From the NCBI RefSeq assembly GCF_032444005.1, contig NC_091282.1:802838001-802902000 (forward strand): a DNA stretch of 64,000 bases, read 5' to 3'. A program made the position numbers and the translations under genes. Shown here piece after piece: positions 55,519 through 64,000 of the stretch. Positions within the stretch are counted from its first letter, which is position 1; each line of letters begins with the position of its first letter. The notes under the pieces are model-generated. The model saw nothing but the letters and a program-made list of their open reading frames with translations. It made no database searches and had not been told where the DNA came from. The stretch is from Ranitomeya imitator. Lineage: Eukaryota.

Positions 55519-58500
55519 ATGCCAGCGATATTCCTGGCCACGCTGTACGAATATTCTCCTCTCTTCTACATTGCAGTGGTGTCTATCTGCTTTGTAGTGA
55601 CTTGTGGGATTGTACTGGGATGGTGAGTGACTTTTTGGGCATTGCTATGCGGGTCTGCCATTTGTTTCCTTCATTTCCATTCTCTTGCAGCCCTCCACAG
55701 TGGTGAGGGAAGATTGGAGCAGTTGTCTGTAGCAGCCAATCGGATTCCAGCTCTCATTTCTCTAAAGCTTTTTGGGAATTTAAAGCAGCAATCTGATTGG
55801 TTGCTAAGGGCAAGTGCTACACTGTACCCTAAATAACAGTAGACGTCTTGATACCGCAACGCGTTTTCATTTTTGCTCTGTTTTTTCTTCTCCTTCTTCC
55901 AAGAGCCATAACTTTATCTGTCTCCCTACTTGTATGACAAGTTTTTGTTTTGCTGGCTTAGTAAAGATAATCTTTATTTATTTAGCACGTACATATTCCA
56001 ATTCCGGAACTCCCTGCCGCGGGTATATTGCATGCAGAATTGGCATGCGTCTTCCCGCTAAACACTAGCGTTTTACAAGCGTAATTAGCCTGCAGAATGC
56101 TAGCGTTTTCCAAGCGACCTGTAGCATCGCCTGGAAAACTGATTGACAGGTTGGTCACACTTATTAAACATAGTGTTTGACAAGTGTGACCAACTTTTTA
56201 CTATTGAGGCTGCCTATGCCGCATCAATAGTAAAAAGATCTAATGTCAAAAATAATTTTAAAAAAATAAATAAAAAATCGTGATATTCTCACCTTCCGGC
56301 GTCCCCCGCAGCCTTCCAGCTCCTCGCGATGCTCCTGTTCCCAGTAATGCCTCACGGCAATGACCCCAGATGATGTAGCATCATGCGAGACTGCTATGTC
56401 AGCACAGGTCATTTTCGCAATGCATTACTGGGAACAGGAGCATCGTGAGGAGCGGGAAGGCTGTGGGGGACGCCGGAAGGTGAGAATATCACGATTTTTT
56501 ATTTTAATTCTTTTTTTTAAACAATTATATGGTGCCCAGTCCGTGGAGCAGAGTCTCCACTCCTCCACCCCGGGTACCAACCGCACATGATCCGCTTACT
56601 TCCCACATGGTGGGCATAGCCCCATGCGGGAAGTAAGCGGATCAATGCATTCCTAGGTGTGCGGAATCCCACGATTCCGCACATAGAATAAACATGCTGC
56701 GTTTTTTTCCGGAATGTAATTCCACCGTGGGAAAAAACTTAGCATGGGATGGGATGTTTATGTAAGCGTCTTTTTAGCATTTTTTTGGCCAATAAAACGC
56801 TAAAAATCATGAACGTGTGCACATAGCCTTACAGTTCAACACTTCTTGTACAAGTCATAAGTAACAACGTCAAAGATAATACAATACTGGCAACCTTGCC
56901 CATAAGAGCTTACTATCTACAATCTACACTATCTACAATGAGGTGGGATAGGTACTACAAAGTACAGGGGCTTATGGTGGTCCGGCCATCTTGAGAGAAT
57001 GGGGGATAGATAACGGCTGCATGAGCTGGTCACCAGCCAGTATTTGTGGTGCTATTGGGTGCGGTGGAGTTTGATGGACGGTTATTCTCAGATAGATGGT
57101 GAATGGGCTATATATAACAGAACTTTGAATAGGGAACGTGATCTACCGCCCTAAACAGATGTGTTTTCAGGGAGCGCCTAAAACTGTATAAGTTGTGGTT
57201 AGTACAAATTTCTTGGGGTAGAGCATTCCAGAGGATTGGGGCAATTCGTGAAAAGTCGGGAGTGGGTGGTACGGATTAGTGTGGATATTAGTCGACAGAT
57301 TCTTGCGGAGCATAACGAGCACGATAAACAGAAATGAAGGAGGAAATGTAGGGGGCTGCACTGTGGAGAGGATGGATAGGGTGACACCGAAATGAGGGGG
57401 AGATGTAGGGGGTACTGCACTGTGGAGATGACGAGTAGGTGATAGACAGAAATGGGGGGGCACTATGGAGAGGACAGGTAGGGTGGCAGAAATGAGGGAA
57501 GAGATGTAGGAGGTCGCACTGTGGGGAGGACAGGTACGGTGATAGACAGAAATGAGGGGGAGATGTAGGGGGTACCGCACTGTGGAGAGGAATAGTAGGT
57601 GACAGACAGAAATGAGGGAGGAGATATAGGTGAGCCGCACTGTGGAGAGGACAGGTACAGTGACAGACAGAAATGAGGGAAGAGATGTAGGAGGCCGCAC
57701 TGTGGAGAGGACAGGTACGGTGACAGACAGAAATGAGGGAAGAGATGTAGGAGGCCGCACTGTGGAGAGGACAGGTACGGTGACAGACAGAAATGAGGGA
57801 AGAGATGTAGGAGGCCGCACTGTGGAGAGGACAGGTACGGTGACAGACAGAAATGAGGGAAGAGATGTAGGAGGCAGCACTGTGGAGAGGACAGGTACGG
57901 TGACAGATAGAAATGAGGGAAGAGATGTAGGAGGCAGCACTGTGGAGAGGACAGGTACGGTGACAGATAGAAATGAGGGAAGAGAAGAGATGTAGGAGGC
58001 CGCACTGTGGAGAGGACAGGTACGGTGACAGATAGAAATGAGGGAAGAGATGTAGGAGGCCGCACTGTGGAGAGGACAGGTACGGTGACAGACAGAAATG
58101 AGGGAAGAGATGTAGGAGGCCGCACTGTGGAGAGGACAGGTACGGTGACAGACAGAAATGAGGGAAGAGATGTAGGAGGCCGCACTGTGGAGAGGACAGG
58201 TACGGTGACAGACAGAAATGAGGGAAGAGATGTAGGAGGCAGCACTGTGGAGAGGACAGGTACGGTGACAGATAGAAATGAGGGAAGAGATGTAGGAGGC
58301 AGCACTGTGGAGAGGACAGGTACGGTGACAGATAGAAATGAGGGAAGAGAAGAGATGTAGGAGGCCGCACTGTGGAGAGGACAGGTACGGTGACAGATAG
58401 AAATGAGGGAAGAGATGTAGGAGGCCGCACTGTGGAGAGGACAGGTACGGTAACAGATAGAAATGAGGGAAGAGATGTAGGAGGCCGCACTGTGGAGAGG

Positions 58501-59534
58501 ACAGGTACGGTGACAGATAGAAATGAGGGAAGAGATGTAGGAGGCCGCACTGTGGAGAGGACAGGTACGGTGACAGATAGAAATGAGGGAAGAGATGTAG
58601 GAGGCCGCACTGTGGAGAGGACAGGTACGGTGATAGACAGAAATGAGGGGGAGATGTAGGGGGTACCGCACTGTGGAGAGGAATAGTAGGAGACAGACAG
58701 AAATGAGGGAGGAGATATAGATAGTGTTTTAGTTTTACATTTTTAGTCCAATATTTTTTTATTTTGATGGTTTGGACTTATGAGGATATGTGTCCACTTA
58801 GCTGCGGATTGAACGCTGCATACAACCTCAGTGTTAAATCCGCAGCGTCCAGATGTTACTGCATAGTGGAGGGGATTTTTGTTTCCGGACATGCGGCGCG
58901 TCTTTTAGATCGCAGCATGTCTGTTTACCTTGCGGCGAGGCTCCGTCGCCGCAAGGTAAATCACAGGGCCCTATGAATGGGGCCGCGCGTATAAAAGGGG
59001 GAGGCGCTTTGGACAGAGCGAGTTTTCCGCTCTGTCCAAAGCGCCGGCAATCCGGAACGTGGAACCGTACCCTAAGGATGCCCCAATACTGAATGTGATT
59101 AATTTTTGTTTTCTGTATTGTTGGATTCAAAGTTATGTTTTTTTATTAAGTTCATATTTTTAAAACATTCTTTGTTTTGTTTTTTTTTAAATGAGTTAAA
59201 TATGGCAGATTTAATAATGCTGAGCGCTGCAATATTAATGTGAAATATTGGTGTTAAGTAAACCAATCTGTGAATGGTATAACACTAGGATGAAGCACCA
59301 AAATTATCCACTGGCGTATACCGCTGCGATAAATCCCCCATGTGAATATGCCCTAATAATAAATATATCACATTTTTTTTTTTGGCTGTTGCAGGCGAGG
59401 CCTGGATGTTCCCATTATACTGAGAAACTCAGAAGAGAGAACATCCAATACCTTCTTGTGTAAGAAACAGATGAAAGAAGTCAGGAATCCCTTTGGCTTG
59501 GAAATAGTTAATCCAGATACAGCTACAATAGAGA
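55519..59534 (+). CDS. CGRRF1: Cell growth regulator with RING finger domain 1, first two coding exons (gene continues beyond the window)
   Basis: Exon 55519-55622 (104 nt, MPAIFLATLYEYSPLFYIAVVSICFVVTCGIVLGW) and exon 59395-59534 (140 nt, RGLDVPIILRNSEE...KKQMKEVRNPFGLEIVNP); GT-AG sites; match to recalled vertebrate CGRRF1 N-terminus and synteny. Confidence 0.95.
56050..56828. mobile_element. Partial Harbinger-type non-autonomous element
   Basis: Right end GAACGTGTGCACATAGCC|TTA; left end not recognisable; interior shares a cassette with the Helitron at 49030-49340. Confidence 0.5.
56900..57340 (-). mobile_element. Truncated L2 3' fragment
   Basis: Minus strand shows degenerate IRTTHSRL...ILWNALP...[11 protein letters not shown] homologous to 10590-10748, followed by 3' UTR-like sequence. 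Confidence 0.7.
57340..58715. repeat. 60-bp minisatellite, about 22 copies, derived from L2 coding sequence
   Basis: Unit GAGATGTAGGAGGCCGCACTGTGGAGAGGACAGGTACGGTGACAGACAGAAATGAGGGAA; its reverse complement aligns to L2 10489-10540. Confidence 0.9.
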
Positions 59535-59868
59535 GTAAGTTGTTCAATTCACTGCAGGAAATCGGGGGATAAAAGTGGTCTTTCCAATAAATGGAGCTTG
59601 GTCCCCCATACATATATGTAATAGGCTGATCATTTCATTGGAGGACGTTCCAGGGGCGCTGTGTGTAGCTACCCCCCACTCCACACTTGGCGATAGGTTA
59701 GAATGCAAAGTAAAAGACCCCCAGTGGTTCCTGAAGTGAGCAACCTCCTATGGTAAATTTCCCTTATTAATAAAATATAATGAAACGCAATGTAACATTG
59801 TTTTTGATGTCGCTGTCACTTGGCACTGCCACAGCTATTATCATTGCTGTATTCTGATCCTTATCTAC

Positions 59869-60132
59869 TATAATAATAATAATCTTTATTTTTTCATATA
59901 GCGCTAACATATTCCGCAGCACTTTACAGTTTTGCACACATTATCATCGCTGTCCCCGATGGGGCTCACAATCTAAATTCCCTATCAGTATGTCTTTGGA
60001 ATGTGGGAAGAAACCCACACAAACATGGAGAGAACATACAAACTCTTTGCAGATGTTGTTCTTGATGGGACTTGAACTCAGAACTCCAGAGCTGCAAGGC
60101 TGCTGTGCTATCCACTGAGCCACCGTGATGCC
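59869..60132 (-). mobile_element. Second copy of the tRNA-derived V-SINE-like element with L2 tail
   Basis: Head GGCATCACGGTGGCTCAGTGG (box A); same body and tail as 34471-34745, with an internal deletion. Confidence 0.85.
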
Positions 60133-61400
60133 TCTACTATCACAATGTCTGGTTGGTTAGCCAACACCTACTTATCCGTCTGGATCTTGAAGTCTCACAG
60201 GATTTTAGCCCTTTCATTCTCCACCACTTTTTCTGGGGTCTCCCACTTGGACTTAGGGGGACTTAGCCCATATGCTGTGCAGATGTTCCTGTATACAATC
60301 CCCCGCTACTTGGTTGTGGCGTTTGGTATACGCTGTTCCTGCTTGCATTTTGCATCCTGCCACTATGTGTTGGATGGTTTCTGAGCATAGTTTGCACCTT
60401 GGGTCTTGCCTTGTGTGGTAGATTCCTGCTTCTATGGATCTGGTACTTAGTGCTTGCTCTTGTGCCGCTATGATTAGTGCTTCTGTGCTGTCTCGGAGTC
60501 CTGTTTTCTCCAGCCATTGGTAGGATTTCTCCTTGTTAGCCACCTTCATTATCTGTCAATGGTACGTCCCATGCAGTGGCTTGTCTTGCCATGACGCTTC
60601 ATGTTCCTGTTCTTCCTTCCAGATCTGTTGTTGTTGCTGCCTTAGGCTTTCTCCCAGCATCTCATCTTTTGGTGCCATTTTTCAGATGTATTCCTGTATA
60701 CTCTTTGTTTCATGCGTGATGGTGGCTTGGATGCTTATCAAGTCTCGCCCACCCTCCTTTCTGTTGGTATACAAGACTTAGGGTGGAGACCTCCATACAT
60801 TGTGAGGAGCTTTCGTGTCTTCACATCTGCAGCTTCCATCTCTTCTTTTGGCCAGCACACTATGCCAGCAGAATATCTGGTAACTGGCAGGGCATACGTA
60901 TTGATGGCGCGGATTTTATTCTACCCATTGAGCTTGCTCTTCAGGACCTGTCTTACCCTTTGATGGCATTTGGATGTTGCTGCTTTCCTTGCCTCCCCAT
61001 CCCTGTGGAATGCCGAGGTATTTGTAGCTTGTCTGTACATCTTCTATATTCCCTGCTGGTAATTCCACTCCATCAGTCTTGACTACCTTGCCTCTCTTTA
61101 TTACCAACCAGCCGCACTTCTCCAGTCCGAAGGACATCCCGATGTCTTCACTGTAGATCCTTGTCAGGTGGATCAGTGAGTTGATGTCTCGTTCATTTTT
61201 CGCATACAGCTTGATGTCATCCATGTAGAGGAGGTGGTTGATGGAGCTTCCACTCTTGAACTTGTATCCATAGCCAGACTCTGTAATTATCTGACTGAGG
61301 GGTTCAAGCCTATGCAGAACAGCAATGGGGACAGTGCATCACCTTGGTATATGCCGCATTTGATGGTAACTTGTGCTAATTGTTTTGAGTTGTAAAGCGA
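60133..61400 (-). pseudogene. Decayed R4/Dong-like (RLE-type) non-LTR retrotransposon fragment
   Basis: RT GIYQGDALSPLLF...LYMDDIKLYA...GMSFGLEKC...YKYLG; zinc knuckle RCKLCSETIQHIVAGC; start of the restriction-like nuclease (KIL*DFKIQTDK*VLANQPDIV); several stops and frameshifts. Confidence 0.8.
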
Positions 61401-61661
61401 TAGTGCTGGCGCACCACTCAATAGTAACTAATAAACACAAAGGGGGTGCAGAGAAGTGGCTGATGAATGACCATCCAAAAAAAAGAGAAAAAGAGGCCAC
61501 TACATAATCTGCACACCACCAATACGATATATGAAAAAAGAACAAACTTTATTGGTAACAATTGCTAAAAACAGTTAAAACCAATACAAAAAGAGAGAAC
61601 TCCCCCAATAGGCCTGTTCATTATGCAATATGCAACATACATATATAACCAAAATAATCCA

Positions 61662-61818
61662 NNNNNNNNNNNNNNNNNNNNNNNNNNNNNNNNNNNNNNN
61701 NNNNNNNNNNNNNNNNNNNNNNNNNNNNNNNNNNNNNNNNNNNNNNNNNNNNNNNNNNNNNNNNNNNNNNNNNNNNNNNNNNNNNNNNNNNNNNNNNNNN
61801 NNNNNNNNNNNNNNNNNN
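61662..61818. other. Assembly gap (run of N)
   Basis: Directly visible. Confidence 1.
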
Positions 61819-61899
61819 AACAACCAAACTATAATAAGAATGCAGGTCCCTACATGTAAACAATCCTGGCAGATACTGAGACAAAAATAGAAGTCCCCT

Positions 61900-64000
61900 T
61901 GAAAGATAATGGACTGCTCATACGTGAGCGCTGCCCTGAGTATAAGATCACACCAGCCACAATGCGGAATGCAATGTAGCTACAATAAGGATGAAAGAGA
62001 GGGGTCCCACAGCCGTGGAGGCCCCTAAGAGAACCACGGACAGCACAACACAAGAATAGCCTGGGAAAGCCCAGATGGTAAAAGAAAATAACCTGACGGC
62101 CAGTGGAGGGAACAGGACCAAAAGGCAGGAGGACCCAATGCGTATCGCGGTTGCTGAGACCGCTTCGTCAGGGAGAGTAACTTACCAATGCCGTCAGCGT
62201 CCTTTTATATCATGGTAAGAAGTCATAAGCGGGTACTGGTGTGCGGCCGCTACAGGCCGGAAGCAGGGAAGCCGGAAGTGAACCGTGAGCGGAGGTCAGA
62301 GGCACCGGCAGAATAGCGCATGCGCAGAAAGAAGGAAGGTGTACAAAGTGGGCAGACGTCTCTGCCCATAATGTTCAATTGCGTACGCGCCGGTCAAAGA
62401 TCAGCGGTCCACAAGAGGACAGGAATTATATGAGTGTGAGAGCAGGGACTGATGAGAGGGGACCAAAATGGGGCCATAAGCAAATGTAGAGGGTGGTAGC
62501 AAAATAAATGAAGACAATATAATGAAATTACCCTATTTAAATAACAAAAGAGTACCTAAAAGGAAAAAAAAACATAATTAAATAAAACAAACGACAAAAT
62601 ATATGAATGAGTGCACGAAAAAAGTGCAAAAAATGCGAGTAAACAGAAAACACAAATAACAACCCAAATTAAATAAGGACAAACAAGAAAAAAATATAAT
62701 GATGAAAGTAAAAGTAAACATAATGACTGAAAAATAAACATAATATACAAAAAAAGAAAAATATAATAAATAAAAAAATAAATAACCAAAAAATAATAAA
62801 TAAAGACTGCCAATACGTTTATTTCCCCCATTCTGAGAATCAAAAAGTCCCATATTGATGATCCAAAAACGAATGGATTCCATAAAGCAGAAAAATAGTC
62901 CATAACATCCAAAGAGACGTGACAAGGCTCATGGCAAAGTCCCTTCATTCAGAGGAAGGTTTCCACGTGAATATAGCATAATCTTCAAAAGTAGGCCAGG
63001 TTCAACTGGATGGGGTATGCCTGGAGGCCCACAGCGATACTCGACCACGACGAGATATCTGTAGCTGAAAATAGACGTATGTCCGCAAGGTCCTGTCCAG
63101 AGTACTGCCAGCCAAAGATGAAGCCTGCCCCGAAAGAACAGCCCAGGAAGCCTGTGAAAAGAAGATCCTCATTAATCCCATGAGGTGCTATGTAATGGAG
63201 TGAATAAATCCACCGGGATTCGACCTGTAGTAGTCGCTTATGTAGGGAGCCACCCCTACCAGAGCTCCTAATATGCTCCAAGCCGATTACCCTTGTATTT
63301 GCATGACTGCTCATGTGATGAAGTAAAAAATGTGAGGCCACCGTGGTCAGCGTCTTACCTTTGCGGTTATCCGCTGCAGCTTTATTTATAGTTGAGAAAT
63401 CACTTTGCACTCTCCGGCGCAGCTCCTGTGAGGTCTGACCTACATAGATGCAAGGGCAAGGACAGATCAAGGCATAAACGACATGTGAAGTCTTACAGTT
63501 AGTATATGCTTTTAGTTTATGCTGCGTCTGGTCAACAAGACTGCGAAAAGAGTCACGAGTGGGATGCATATAAGGACAAACACTGCAGTCACCACATGGG
63601 AAAGAGCCTCTCAAGAAAATTCCACGGTTGAGTCTCTGTGTGGGCCCAGTGTAGTGACTCTTGGTAAGTATGTCCCTAAAATTAGGCGCCCTCCTGGCCG
63701 TCATCAATGGCTGGGTGCTAACTACTTGGGACGCTTGCATGTCCGTGGTTAGAATCCTCCAATGCTCATTCAGAATCCTTACCTGTGGCCATTGGGTATG
63801 ATATCCCGTGATGAAGCGCACGTAGTTGTCTGATCTTTTCTTGGTAGAGACAAGCAGGGAATTCTGTGTCTGTAGATTAGCCCTCTGGTAAGCACAGGAA
63901 ATTTTTTTAGGGTAGTTCCTACCCCTAAATCTTGTTGTAAGGTCCTGGGCCTCTCTCCTAAAGTCAGAATCCTGTGTGCAGTTTTGTCTGGCCCTGAGGA
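61900..64000 (-). mobile_element. Penelope-like element, 3' part (RT thumb, GIY-YIG endonuclease, 3' UTR/pseudo-LTR); continues past the window edge
   Basis: RT C-terminal-like LRARQNC...RFRGRNYP before a frameshift near 63825, then the GIY-YIG ORF; degenerate hammerhead downstream; left boundary approximate. Confidence 0.8.
62985..63821 (-). CDS. Penelope-type GIY-YIG endonuclease region (probably pseudogenic)
   Basis: CGDCSVC, TNCKTSHVVYALICPCPCIYVGQT...RRRV, VASHF, ESRWIYSL...PHGINE motifs. Confidence 0.8.
   Translation of the reverse strand: MRFITGYHTQWPQVRILNEHWRILTTDMQASQVVSTQPLMTARRAPNFRDILTKSHYTGPTQRLNRGIFLRGSFPCGDCSVCPYMHPTRDSFRSLVDQTQHKLKAYTNCKTSHVVYALICPCPCIYVGQTSQELRRRVQSDFSTINKAAADNRKGKTLTTVASHFLLHHMSSHANTRVIGLEHIRSSGRGGSLHKRLLQVESRWIYSLHYIAPHGINEDLLFTGFLGCSFGAGFIFGWQYSGQDLADIRLFSATDISSWSSIAVGLQAYPIQLNLAYF

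Noticed and set aside
57167-58671. ORFs of 257-440 aa
   Set aside because: Frames of the L2-derived 60-bp minisatellite, not genes
61575-61890. ORFs spanning the N run
   Set aside because: Artefacts of the assembly gap
62556-62948. Hydrophobic Phe/Tyr/Ile-rich ORFs resembling membrane proteins
   Set aside because: T-rich low-complexity Penelope 3' region on the minus strand

Overview
Eukaryotic, repeat-rich genomic DNA, almost certainly from a frog. The gene order and repeat families support this, but the species cannot be fixed from sequence alone. The window holds the conserved vertebrate block CDKN3(+, last three exons) - CNIH1(-, complete, 5 exons, 144 aa) - GMFB(-, complete, 7 exons, 142 aa, with a U12 AT-AC intron) - CGRRF1(+, first two exons). 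GMFB and CGRRF1 are head-to-head with start codons only about 0.5 kb apart. The last CDKN3 intron holds a frameshifted L2 LINE with a 2A-like peptide ahead of its endonuclease and an apparently intact DIRS1-type tyrosine-recombinase retrotransposon (identical ITRs, ICR, three open ORFs, predicted spliced gag). The acceptor of the last CDKN3 exon reads AA instead of AG. The rest is non-autonomous DNA transposons (Harbinger-, hAT-, piggyBac-, Kolobok/T2-, Tc1- and Helitron-type ends), V-SINEs sharing the L2 tail, a solo LTR, R4/Dong and Penelope fragments, several minisatellites and one N gap. One minisatellite derives from L2 coding sequence. The least expected pattern is a recurring palindromic cassette: a CpG core with promoter motifs flanked by outward-facing 5' splice-donor sequences, shared by elements whose termini belong to different superfamilies. 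All calls were made by eye plus recall of homologues; no searches were run.
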